Part shown: piece by piece, positions 1 through 8,834 of the stretch | How positions within the stretch are numbered: position 1 is the first letter of the stretch | How the letters are laid out: each line of letters begins with the position of its first letter | Origin: an uncultured Fidelibacterota bacterium | GTDB taxonomy: Bacteria > Fidelibacterota > Marinisomatia > Marinisomatales > Marinisomataceae | Assembly: GCA_902624575.1 (NCBI GenBank) | Contig: CACNXV010000001.1 | Coordinates: 44,553-108,552 of the forward strand | Direction of reading: 5' to 3' | DNA: 64,000 bases | Made by a program: the position numbers and the translations under genes | The notes under the pieces: generated by a model | Database searches by the model: none | Seen by the model: only the letters and a program-made list of their open reading frames with translations | What the model was told of the DNA's origin: nothing

Positions 1-75
1 GGCTACACAGAAAATAATGAACAAAAAAAATAAAGCATCTTTTATTAGAGCGGCAAAGGAGGCATTAAATAAATA

Positions 76-930
76 ATGTTTAAAATTTTAAAAAGAGCTC
101 ATCTTGATTCAATGATATATTCATTAAAAAGTATTAAAGTAATCAAAGAATACGGATATAAACCTTTTGCTATAAATGATGAAAATTTATTTGATGTTGA
201 GGCAGGAGTAATGCCCAATTTCCCTGAAATTTCATATGACTTTAGCTTAAAAAATCCAGAATCAGAAAACGACTTAAAAAACTCAATTATTGTTTATGAA
301 GCTATAAAGGATGATATGTTTTGGTATAAAGCTACACAGCCTGAGTTTTGGGCTACAGTTTGTCACTTAAAATATTTTAATTATATAATAGATAGAATTG
401 ATGGCAATCTTAAAAATAAAGGTTCTTTTGAAAAGAGAATTATAAATCTTAATGAGAAAGATAAGGATGAACATTTAAAAATTGCAAATTTAATAAAAGG
501 TAATTTTTTCACAGATATCATGAATACTAATACCCGACTTTTATATAGAAATCCAATTGGGAAATTATGGTTAGTACCACATTTAACATATAGACCTTGG
601 GAAATTGAAGGTTTAGAGAATCTTGAACAAGAAGACGACTATTTTTATACAAAAATCGCATTTACACATTTAGATTTGTGTGCAAGTTTATTTGAAAGAC
701 CTTTAACAATTACTAATAAAAAGAAGCTTTTAAATACAATTATTTACTTTTTGAACGAAAAAAAAGATATTAGAACCTCTAGATCTAAAGAACATTACGT
801 AAATGATGAAGTCAGATATAGATGGTTTTTAAAAGAAGTAAAGCTTTGGATGGCTGTAAATCCTAGTTATTTAAATTATTCGTTCGATGAAATGATTAAA
901 TCTTTTAACAAAATTGAAGAAAAAATATAA
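76..930 (+). CDS. Hypothetical 284-aa soluble protein, first gene of the methyltransferase/HNH cassette; no family recognised
   Basis: Uninterrupted 855-nt ORF with an aaggagg Shine-Dalgarno-like element at 56-62. Its TAA stop (928-930) directly abuts the next ATG (931). I can name no catalytic motif with confidence. Confidence 0.6.
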   Translation: MFKILKRAHLDSMIYSLKSIKVIKEYGYKPFAINDENLFDVEAGVMPNFPEISYDFSLKNPESENDLKNSIIVYEAIKDDMFWYKATQPEFWATVCHLKYFNYIIDRIDGNLKNKGSFEKRIINLNEKDKDEHLKIANLIKGNFFTDIMNTNTRLLYRNPIGKLWLVPHLTYRPWEIEGLENLEQEDDYFYTKIAFTHLDLCASLFERPLTITNKKKLLNTIIYFLNEKKDIRTSRSKEHYVNDEVRYRWFLKEVKLWMAVNPSYLNYSFDEMIKSFNKIEEKI

Positions 931-1125
931 ATGACCGGAATTACATGCACTATTATACTTTTATCTTTATTCCTACTGTTTCTACCTGGAGGCAGTGAAT
1001 TAGTATTTACAAGGGAATTTCTCATACTTGCAGGCGGATTTTGGTTCTGCTGCTTTATTATTTGGTTGCTATTTGGTGATATTATAGATTATGTCTCAGG
1101 AGTTGACCGATATAATGACGAATAA
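931..1125 (+). CDS. Putative 64-aa membrane peptide with two hydrophobic helices
   Basis: The ATG starts on the base after the upstream stop. Two hydrophobic stretches are visible (ITCTIILLSLFLLFL and ILAGGFWFCCFIIWLLF). The segment looks less AT-rich than true intergenic DNA here. The 3' end overlaps the methyltransferase start. Confidence 0.4.
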   Translation: MTGITCTIILLSLFLLFLPGGSELVFTREFLILAGGFWFCCFIIWLLFGDIIDYVSGVDRYNDE

Positions 1126-2188
1126 AGCATCAAAATTAACCGTAGGTGGCCTTTTCTCAGGAATAGGAGGGTTAGAGCTTGCATTTCAAAATGAAGGCTT
1201 TAAAGTAGCCTGGGCTAATGATATTGATAAGTATACCCATCAAGTTTATAAAAGAGTTGTAGGATCTGATCATTATTTAGGTAATAAACCTATTTCGCTT
1301 GAATATATTAACGAACATTTTAATGAGTTTGATATTCAACCCGTAGATGTATTAACTGCTGGTTTTCCCTGCCAGCCATTTTCTAATGCAGGATATCGTG
1401 AAGGGTTTAAGGATAAAAAGGGAAGAGGAAACTGCTTTAATTGGATGATGGATTTTATTGATCATTTCAATCATAAAGATAAACCAAAGGTTTTATTATT
1501 TGAAAATGTCAAAAATATTGAAACTCATGACGGCGGAAATACAAAACATGTTATTGAGAAAGAACTCAAGAAAAGGGATTATTTTGGAAGATTTATCCAT
1601 TTAAATACATCGCTTATTACAGATATTCCTCAAAACAGAGAAAGAGTATTCATGGTTTATGTGAAAGACGGAGATGACTTATTATTTGAAAATATTAGTA
1701 ACTCCAAACTTTCATCATTATTGACGCTAAAACAAAGTGCAAAAAAAAGAAATTTTAGAGAATTTTTGGAAGATCAAGTAACAAACCCTAATTACTATCG
1801 TCACTATGATAAAAAAACCAGTGATTGGTGGAATACCCTGGAAATGCCAGACGGTGAAATTACAGATGATTCAGTATTTCAAGTTAGAAGGGTTTACGTT
1901 AGAAAAAATAAAAAAAATGAATGTCCAACACTTGTAGCAAGTATGGGAGCTGGTGGACACAATGTTCCTTTAATTAAAGACAAGGTTGGTATTCGATATA
2001 AAAGATTTAAACTAACAACTAGAAAATTAACACCTCGAGAATGTTTTAGGCTGCAGGGTTATAATGATTTCTCTTTAAAAGATATTTCAGATGCTCAGCT
2101 TTATAAAATGGCAGGAAATACCGTTACTTTGCCATTAGTTCAAAAAATTGCAAAAATATTAAAGGAGTATATCAATGGAGAAAAATGA
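1091..2188 (+). CDS. DNA (cytosine-5)-methyltransferase
   Basis: Canonical m5C-MTase motifs in order: I LFSGIGG, IV GFPCQPFS, VI ENV, VIII QNRERVF, IX RKLTPRECFRLQGY, X GNTVTLP. An alternative start at 1115 is possible. Confidence 0.95.
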   Translation: MSQELTDIMTNKASKLTVGGLFSGIGGLELAFQNEGFKVAWANDIDKYTHQVYKRVVGSDHYLGNKPISLEYINEHFNEFDIQPVDVLTAGFPCQPFSNAGYREGFKDKKGRGNCFNWMMDFIDHFNHKDKPKVLLFENVKNIETHDGGNTKHVIEKELKKRDYFGRFIHLNTSLITDIPQNRERVFMVYVKDGDDLLFENISNSKLSSLLTLKQSAKKRNFREFLEDQVTNPNYYRHYDKKTSDWWNTLEMPDGEITDDSVFQVRRVYVRKNKKNECPTLVASMGAGGHNVPLIKDKVGIRYKRFKLTTRKLTPRECFRLQGYNDFSLKDISDAQLYKMAGNTVTLPLVQKIAKILKEYINGEK

Positions 2189-2852
2189 ACGATCTATTGA
2201 ACAAGAAATTCTTTATAAGGGCCTAGAAAAGACAATACATTATTATTTTGAAATGTATGATAAGACTAAAAATGGTGAAAGATTCATAAAACAAGAATCA
2301 TATAATATTGAGCACTTAAAAGGTTTAAAACCTTTGTACGGTGTTGGAAAGAATGTTCAAAATGATATCATTGATATAATCGATAAAAATAAATACTTAC
2401 TTGAAAATAGCATTATAAATAAAAAAAATAATAATTTAAAGATGCTACCAAATCAAGAAGCTGGCAACGATGACATAACCTTAAAACGATTGATTAGTCA
2501 AAAAATAAGAAAAGGGCAGCAAAAGTTTAGAAATAACTTATTAGTTAATTTTTCTAAAAAATGCTGTATATCAAATTGTAATGTTATAGATGTTCTAGAA
2601 GCGTGTCATATATATAAATTTTCTTCGTCAGGTATAAATCACTCATCTAATGGGTTATTGTTAAGAAGAGACATACATAAATTGTTTGATAATGGGCAAA
2701 TTAAAATAAATCCTAATTCAATGAAAATTGAAGTAAATAAAACTTTAATTGATACAGAATATTATAAATTTAATAATAGTAAGATATCTAAAGATATTTA
2801 TGGTAAATTTCCAAATAAGAATTTTTTAATAAAAAAATATAATGAACATTAA
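2175..2852 (+). CDS. HNH endonuclease (HNH_2-type core), presumptive restriction nuclease
   Basis: C-terminal RKGQQKFRNNLL...CCISNC...LEACHIYKF...SNGLLLRRDIHKLFDNGQI matches the HNH_2 pattern (R.GQ..FR / C..C / H / N / H.LFD). The N-terminal ~115 aa are unassigned. The start overlaps the MTase 3' end by 14 nt. Confidence 0.85.
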   Translation: MEKNERSIEQEILYKGLEKTIHYYFEMYDKTKNGERFIKQESYNIEHLKGLKPLYGVGKNVQNDIIDIIDKNKYLLENSIINKKNNNLKMLPNQEAGNDDITLKRLISQKIRKGQQKFRNNLLVNFSKKCCISNCNVIDVLEACHIYKFSSSGINHSSNGLLLRRDIHKLFDNGQIKINPNSMKIEVNKTLIDTEYYKFNNSKISKDIYGKFPNKNFLIKKYNEH

Positions 2853-2890
2853 GTTTACGCATAATATATATTATGTATAATTAGATATAT

Positions 2891-3562
2891 ATGAAATACA
2901 CACTAGGTAAAACAACAAGAATATTATTACTCTCTTACCTCGGCTTCTTAAGCCTAGCAGCAATGTTCTATGGTGGTGGTAATTACGTCGAGAAACAGAC
3001 ACCCTACTATAATTTTTTTAAAAACTTTATAAGTGATTTAGGACGCACAACAAGTCATTCTGGTGATGATAATACAATATCAATAATACTTTTTTCGATT
3101 GGTATGTTGATCCAAATTATTGCTGCTTTCATATATTTATTTAATGCTGCTAATTACTTTTCATTAGAAATGCCTAAAATTAGTATAGTAGCTAAAATAT
3201 CAGCATTATTAGGTTCAATTAGCTTGCTAGGAGTTGTTTTCACTCCAGCAGACGTTCCATCATTATATGGTTTACATATTTTCTTTGCAAATTCAGTATT
3301 TAACTGTGCTTTAGTTACTCTAGGCATATATTCTTACCTTTTTTACTCGAAAGGCTTAAAAAATGTTACTTTTACCCTTTTCTTATGCTCAGCTATAGTT
3401 TTTGGTTATATAGTTTTTCTTGAAATAGGTCCTGCACCATGGAAATCTATAAACACGCTAACAATGCATGCTACATTTCAAAAAATAGCTGTATTAAGCC
3501 TTGTAGGTACAATTTGGGTTATGTCTAAAGGAACAGATCTACTTGACAACAAAGTTCAATAA
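2891..3562 (+). CDS. Multi-pass membrane protein, DUF998-like
   Basis: About 6 hydrophobic helices and an ISDLG motif. The family name comes from memory only. Confidence 0.5.
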   Translation: MKYTLGKTTRILLLSYLGFLSLAAMFYGGGNYVEKQTPYYNFFKNFISDLGRTTSHSGDDNTISIILFSIGMLIQIIAAFIYLFNAANYFSLEMPKISIVAKISALLGSISLLGVVFTPADVPSLYGLHIFFANSVFNCALVTLGIYSYLFYSKGLKNVTFTLFLCSAIVFGYIVFLEIGPAPWKSINTLTMHATFQKIAVLSLVGTIWVMSKGTDLLDNKVQ

Positions 3563-5980
3563 TCTATTCTGAACATATATTGTTTTAACAACAGATCCTA
3601 AACTTGTAAATTTTTCTACATTTTCAAGAGATAATGCCTCTGAAATGACATCTTCTTCTTTAGAATCCTTTGGAACTTCAATATTTGCTCTGAGTTTGCC
3701 GTTAACTTGAACTGCTATTGTGACATTATCAAGCTGAATTAAGCTTTCATCGTAAGACGGCCAATTTTGATATGAAACTGAGTTTTTATTTCCTAGAATT
3801 GACCATAGTTCTTCAGATAAATGTGGTACAAAAGGCGCAATTATTATTATAAGCTCTTCTACCAATTCTCTCGATAAAGATTCACATTTTTGCATATGGT
3901 TGCAGTAAATCATTAACTGAGAAACAGCTGTATTAAAATGAAGATTTTCTATGTCTTCACCTATCTTTTTAATTGTTTGATTGTGAATAAAAAGAGTTTC
4001 ATTGTCAGGTTCAATATCTTCTTTAATTCTCGACGACAAGCTACCGTTTTCATTGATAATTATTGACCATAATTTATTTACAAATCTATAGCATCCTTGA
4101 AGACCTTTAGTGCTCCATGGCTTAGATTTGTTTAATGGACCCATAAACATTTCATATAGTCGCATTGAATCAGCGCCATATTCATCAATAATTACTTCAG
4201 GATTTATTACATTTCCACGAGATTTACTCATTTTTGTACCGTCATCACCGAGAATCATTCCTTGATTATACAGTTTTTTAAATGGTTCTTTTGTAGAAAC
4301 AAGCCCCAGATCAAATAAAACGTGGTGCCAAAATCTTGAATACAACAAATGAAGGACAGCATGTTCTTGTCCTCCTATGTACAAATCAACTGGCATCCAA
4401 TAATTTTCTTTTTCTTTTGACCATGCTTTGGAACTGTTATTTGGATCAGTAAATCTTAAAAAATACCAACAAGAACCTGCCCATTGTGGCATTGTATTTG
4501 TTTCTCTAAGACCAATAATATTATTATTTACATCTCTTACTTCAACCCAACTATTAATGTTAGATAATGGAGACTTTCCATCATCTGATGGCTTATAATT
4601 ATCTACTTCTGGAAGCAATACAGGTAGCTCATTTTCTTTGACTGTTTCAATCTTTGCCTCAGTGTGAATTATCGGAAATGGTTCTCCCCAATAACGCTGT
4701 CTTGAAAATAGCCAATCTCTAAGCTTGTAATTAACTGTTGCTTTTCCAATTCCAGATTTAGATATATAATCAATAGCTTTGCTTACTCCTTCGTCAACTG
4801 TAAGATCATTCAAAGTGATAGTGTCTTCATTATTAGAGTTAATTATCTTTGCATTACCTTTTGCTGTATAAGCAGCTTCATTGACATTTCCTCCTTTGAT
4901 AACTTCAATTATAGGGAGGTTATATTTATTTGCAAACTCCCAATCTCTTTCATCATGTCCTGGAACAGCCATGATAGCTCCAGTTCCGTAGCTAATGAGA
5001 ACATAATCAGCTATCCAAATTTCAATTTTTTCTTTACTAAATGGGTTTATCGCAAAAGAGCCGGTAAATACACCAGTTTTGTCTTTATTTACCTCAGTTC
5101 TATCGAAATCTGATTTCTTTTGTGTTTCTAAAATATAGTCATCTACAGATTTTTTTCTATCAGAAGATACTATTTTATCGACAAGAGGATGTTCTGGTGC
5201 TAATACCATATAAGTTGCGCCGAATAATGTATCAGGTCGGGTTGTATAAACATCAATTTTTTCACTAAAACCGTCAACATCAAAAGACAATTCAACGCCT
5301 TCTGATTTTCCAATCCAATTCTTTTGTAATTCTTTGATATTTTCAGGCCAGTCAAGATCATCTAGGCCTTCTAAAAGAGATTCTGCATAATCAGTGATTT
5401 TTAGTATCCATTGTTTCATTGGTAATCGTACAACTGGATGTCCTCCAATATCAGATTTACCATTTACCACCTCTTCATTGGCCAATACAGCTTTTAGCTC
5501 AGGACACCAATTAACATTCACTTCTTCTTCGTACGCTAAACCTTTATTGTAAAGTTGCAGAAATATCCACTGAGTCCAACGGTAATAATCTGGATCGGTT
5601 GTATTAATTTCTTTTGACCAATCATATGAGAAGCCCAGCTTATTGATTTGATTTTTAAAATTTTGAACATTTTCATGCGTTGTTATCTTGGGGTGAGTAC
5701 CTGTTTTAATCGCATATTGCTCTGCTGGCAGGCCAAAAGCATCCCAACCCATAGGATGAAGTACATTAAAACCTTTCATACGCTTATATCTTGCTACTAT
5801 ATCTGTGGCAACATAACCTAAAGCATGACCAACATGTAGACCTGCACCAGACGGATAAGGAAACATATCGAGCACATAATATTTAGGTTTATTACTTGAT
5901 TCGTCCTCTGATTTAAATGTGGAGTTTTCAGACCAATACTTTTGCCATTTGGCTTCAATTGTTTTGTGACTGTAGCCCAA
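3539..5980 (-). CDS. leuS: Leucyl-tRNA synthetase
   Basis: 813 aa with HIGH-type HVGH and KMSKS motifs and an N-terminus ([14 protein letters not shown]) typical of LeuS. TTG start codon. Confidence 0.97.
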   Translation of the reverse strand: MGYSHKTIEAKWQKYWSENSTFKSEDESSNKPKYYVLDMFPYPSGAGLHVGHALGYVATDIVARYKRMKGFNVLHPMGWDAFGLPAEQYAIKTGTHPKITTHENVQNFKNQINKLGFSYDWSKEINTTDPDYYRWTQWIFLQLYNKGLAYEEEVNVNWCPELKAVLANEEVVNGKSDIGGHPVVRLPMKQWILKITDYAESLLEGLDDLDWPENIKELQKNWIGKSEGVELSFDVDGFSEKIDVYTTRPDTLFGATYMVLAPEHPLVDKIVSSDRKKSVDDYILETQKKSDFDRTEVNKDKTGVFTGSFAINPFSKEKIEIWIADYVLISYGTGAIMAVPGHDERDWEFANKYNLPIIEVIKGGNVNEAAYTAKGNAKIINSNNEDTITLNDLTVDEGVSKAIDYISKSGIGKATVNYKLRDWLFSRQRYWGEPFPIIHTEAKIETVKENELPVLLPEVDNYKPSDDGKSPLSNINSWVEVRDVNNNIIGLRETNTMPQWAGSCWYFLRFTDPNNSSKAWSKEKENYWMPVDLYIGGQEHAVLHLLYSRFWHHVLFDLGLVSTKEPFKKLYNQGMILGDDGTKMSKSRGNVINPEVIIDEYGADSMRLYEMFMGPLNKSKPWSTKGLQGCYRFVNKLWSIIINENGSLSSRIKEDIEPDNETLFIHNQTIKKIGEDIENLHFNTAVSQLMIYCNHMQKCESLSRELVEELIIIIAPFVPHLSEELWSILGNKNSVSYQNWPSYDESLIQLDNVTIAVQVNGKLRANIEVPKDSKEEDVISEALSLENVEKFTSLGSVVKTIYVQNRLLNFVVK

Positions 5981-5982
5981 GA

Positions 5983-6507
5983 TTAATAGAAGTTCTTTAT
6001 CTGCTCAATCCAATCAAGAATTATAGCATTAACATCAATTGGTCTATCTTCAACAGATCCATATCCACTGCTTTGAGACATAGAACTATTACCAAAAGCA
6101 TTTGTAGCAGGACCGCCATATTCATCATCAGCTAATACCTGATTTGCTTGAAATTTTGCAATTACTTTCTTGGTCTTTGGATCCATAAATTTTATAAATG
6201 ATGATTTTGGATCAGCTGTAGAGCCGTAGTATGGGTCAAAGTTAAAATCTTCGAAATTAATTTCAACCTCAAGATTTCCAACTTGATCTGGAGGAGTAAT
6301 TTCGAAACCTAACTTAACTAGTTCCGACTGAAGATTTTGAATGTGTTCAATCATGAACGGATCTTGAATATAGTCGTTAATAAATTCTTCAATTTTATTA
6401 GTTTCGCTTAGCTTAACCTTTTTTCTCCTAAACTGACCGTTCAAGTCAGCAGTAAAAATAATTAGTAATAAAGCACTTAGTAAATAAACATTTCTCGTAA
6501 GTTTCAT
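5983..6507 (-). CDS. Hypothetical secreted protein
   Basis: Signal-peptide-like [20 protein letters not shown]. No recognisable domain. The start was chosen at an internal Met of the 182-aa ORF. Confidence 0.55.
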   Translation of the reverse strand: MKLTRNVYLLSALLLIIFTADLNGQFRRKKVKLSETNKIEEFINDYIQDPFMIEHIQNLQSELVKLGFEITPPDQVGNLEVEINFEDFNFDPYYGSTADPKSSFIKFMDPKTKKVIAKFQANQVLADDEYGGPATNAFGNSSMSQSSGYGSVEDRPIDVNAIILDWIEQIKNFY

Positions 6508-6518
6508 TTTTTCTCCCA

Positions 6519-7052
6519 TTAAATAGCGCAACCGTCTATGCCACGTTTTTTATAATAATCTTGATGATAGTCTTCTGCATCATAAAAATTCTCCACAGGC
6601 TCTACTTCTGTAACAACGCGTGAAGTGAAATCACCTGACTCATTTAAATTATTAATTTTTTCCTCAATTATCCCCTTCTCATCTTCATTTGAAAAGTAGG
6701 CTGCTGATCTGTATTGAGTTCCAATATCAGGACCCTGTCTGTTCATTGTTGTTGGATCATGAAGCTTAAAAAATACATCTACAAGTTCACTAAAACTAAT
6801 TACCGAAGGATTGTACTCTACTTCTACTGCCTCAGCATGCCCTGTTAGGCCTGTACAAACTAATTCATAAGAAGGATTCTTTACTTTTCCGCCAGTATAC
6901 CCTACTGTTGTTGAATTAACACCATCAAGTTGTTGAAAAGTAGATTCTACTCCCCAAAAACAACCAGCCGCAAAAACGGCTTTTTTATTATCATTTGCCA
7001 TAATTGTCCCCAAAAAACATAAATATATTATTATAATTTTTTTCATTTTCAT
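6519..7052 (-). CDS. msrA: Peptide-methionine (S)-S-oxide reductase, with N-terminal signal peptide
   Basis: GCFWGVE active-site motif and full-length MsrA-like sequence. Hydrophobic N-terminus. Confidence 0.95.
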   Translation of the reverse strand: MKMKKIIIIYLCFLGTIMANDNKKAVFAAGCFWGVESTFQQLDGVNSTTVGYTGGKVKNPSYELVCTGLTGHAEAVEVEYNPSVISFSELVDVFFKLHDPTTMNRQGPDIGTQYRSAAYFSNEDEKGIIEEKINNLNESGDFTSRVVTEVEPVENFYDAEDYHQDYYKKRGIDGCAI

Positions 7053-7186
7053 TTACTCTTGTAATTATAGTAAATCCATGCACCTATTAAACTCATCGGT
7101 ACAGAAACCACCGCACCTATTACAGGTATTAAAAAAGATGCTATAAAAATACCTGCACCAATAAATATGGTATTAAGTAACCTCAT
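7049..7186 (-). CDS. Unlisted 45-aa hydrophobic peptide upstream of msrA
   Basis: My own translation of the - strand: MRLLNTIFIGAGIFIASFLIPVIGAVVSVPMSLIGAWIYYNYKSK. Its TGA stop overlaps the msrA ATG (ATGA). It is below the ORF-track size cutoff. Confidence 0.4.
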   Translation of the reverse strand: MRLLNTIFIGAGIFIASFLIPVIGAVVSVPMSLIGAWIYYNYKSK

Positions 7187-7260
7187 TAATTTAATTCAAA
7201 AATTGTTTTAAATAACATTATTATCGTCATTAAGACATAATATATGATTTTATTATAAAA

Positions 7261-7289
7261 AAAGCCTCCCAATTAAATTGAGAGGCTTT
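7261..7289 (-). terminator. Rho-independent terminator after the MerR-family gene
   Basis: The arms aaagcctc and gaggcttt pair, with additional inner pairing. On the - strand the hairpin is followed by a T-run. Confidence 0.7.
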
Positions 7290-7317
7290 TGGTGGCTACC
7301 ATAATAGACTCTTACCC

Positions 7318-7665
7318 TCAGTGTCTATTAAGTAAATTTAAAATGTTTTTTAGTTCGTTTTTAATTTCTTTCAATGCATTTACTTGAGAAGTTGAAATCG
7401 TTTCAACTTTTTCAACTTTATTAGATCTATTTTTCAACTCTTCAACCGCTCCTTTAATAGTAAACTTTTTTTCATAAAGTAATTGTTTAATATCAAGTAT
7501 TACTTCAATGTCATGCTTTCTATAAGTCCTATTTCCAGCTTTATTTTTAAGAGGTTTTAATGAGGGAAATTCAGTCTCCCAGTACCTTAAAACATAAGGT
7601 TTAAGTTGAGTTACTTCACTAACCTCTTTAATACTATAATAAAGCTTTGATCTTGATTCAAGCAT
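7318..7665 (-). CDS. MerR-family transcriptional regulator
   Basis: N-terminal MerR-type helix-turn-helix (YSIKEVSEVTQLKPYVLRYWETEF...RTYRKHD) followed by a coiled-coil tail. Confidence 0.85.
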   Translation of the reverse strand: MLESRSKLYYSIKEVSEVTQLKPYVLRYWETEFPSLKPLKNKAGNRTYRKHDIEVILDIKQLLYEKKFTIKGAVEELKNRSNKVEKVETISTSQVNALKEIKNELKNILNLLNRH

Positions 7666-7726
7666 TACTTTAATAATATTAAAAAATTACAATTAAAGCT
7701 ATACTTTAATGATAATGTAGTGTTTT

Positions 7727-8824
7727 TTAAGCCTCTTTAGGATCTACAAAGTCTAGGTTGTGAGCTTGTGCTACTTCTTGATTTGTTAACTTTCCTTTAA
7801 ATGTATTTAATGCCATTAAAAGATTATTATCGTCAAACATTCCATTTAATCCAGAATTAGCAAATTTTAGTATAAATGGTCTAGTTGCTTCATTTAAAGA
7901 ATTTGTTGCAGTAAATGGAACTGCGGATGGGATATTTTTAACACAATAATGAATTATATCATCTACAAGATATGTTGGATTATCGTGCGTGGTAGGACGT
8001 GATGTTTCAAAACATCCACCTTGATCAACTGAAACATCTGATAAGATAGTTTTTGGCTCCATTAATTTTAGCATTTCTTTGCTTATCACAGTTGGCGGCT
8101 TACCTCCTGGTGTTAAAACTGCGCCCACAACAATATCTACTATAGGAAGAATTCCCTCAATAACACTTTTTGATGATTCTGCAATGTTAACTGCTGGATA
8201 AGCTTCTTTGATTCTTGACAGTGTATCATTATTTACATCTAGTAGTGTTGTGCTCGCACCTAAACCTAAACTCATCTGCATGGCATTTATTCCTACTATA
8301 CCTCCACCTATGATTAACACATTTGCAGGTTCTGCTAAGGAAGTACCAGCAATAAGTTTACCTTTGCCTCCCTTACTCTTTTTCAATAATTCAATTGCAT
8401 CTAATAAAGATAATCTACCAGCAATTTCACTCATAGGCTTTAACATAGGAGTAGAATTATTTATAACGACCGTTTCGTAAGCTAATCCAGTGACATTACA
8501 CTCTAAAAGTTTTTCGGTCAGTGCTTTAGAAGAACTTAAATGCAAATAAGTAAAAATTGTTTTATTTCTCAACATTTCTACTTCATCCATTGATGGCTCT
8601 TTTACTTTAATAATTAATTCAGAACGATCAAAAACCTCTGAAGCTGTATCAACAACAGTACAACCAAGCTGTTGATACATTTCATCAGTATAGCCACTTC
8701 CTGCACCAGCGCTAGTTTCTACAAATAATTCATGAGAACCTTGTAGTAAAGCTTTTGCTGTTTCAGGATTGACAGATACTCGATATTCTTGAGAAATAAT
8801 TTCTTTAGGAATACCTATCTTCAT
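7727..8824 (-). CDS. ald: Alanine dehydrogenase
   Basis: AlaDH/PNT-family N-terminus MKIGIPKEI..E.RV and an NAD-binding loop IIGGGIVG. Length 365 aa. Confidence 0.9.
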   Translation of the reverse strand: MKIGIPKEIISQEYRVSVNPETAKALLQGSHELFVETSAGAGSGYTDEMYQQLGCTVVDTASEVFDRSELIIKVKEPSMDEVEMLRNKTIFTYLHLSSSKALTEKLLECNVTGLAYETVVINNSTPMLKPMSEIAGRLSLLDAIELLKKSKGGKGKLIAGTSLAEPANVLIIGGGIVGINAMQMSLGLGASTTLLDVNNDTLSRIKEAYPAVNIAESSKSVIEGILPIVDIVVGAVLTPGGKPPTVISKEMLKLMEPKTILSDVSVDQGGCFETSRPTTHDNPTYLVDDIIHYCVKNIPSAVPFTATNSLNEATRPFILKFANSGLNGMFDDNNLLMALNTFKGKLTNQEVAQAHNLDFVDPKEA

Positions 8825-8834
8825 TTCTTTTCCC

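Noticed and set aside
1-33. Possible 3' tail of an upstream + strand gene (GYTENNEQKK-stop in frame 1)
   Set aside because: Only ten codons are visible, which is too little to call.
2860-2875. Perfect 16-bp palindrome cataatatatattatg between the HNH gene and the DUF998-like gene
   Set aside because: It is almost entirely A/T, which makes a very weak hairpin, and such palindromes are expected by chance in this composition. At most it is a weak terminator or operator, and I cannot support either.
8208-8480. Antisense shadow ORFs of 60-152 aa inside ald, pnp, infB, fadD-like, recA, dnaX, umuC, CNNM, pmbA, tldD, cysK-like, murA, tpiA and pgk. Examples are 9508-9720, 13963-14205, 21708-22070, 46367-46717, 49879-50250, 53116-53457 and 63194-63652.
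   Set aside because: Each lies entirely within a strongly supported gene on the opposite strand. Each has low-complexity Ser/Phe/Leu/Ile-rich composition and lacks start-site context.
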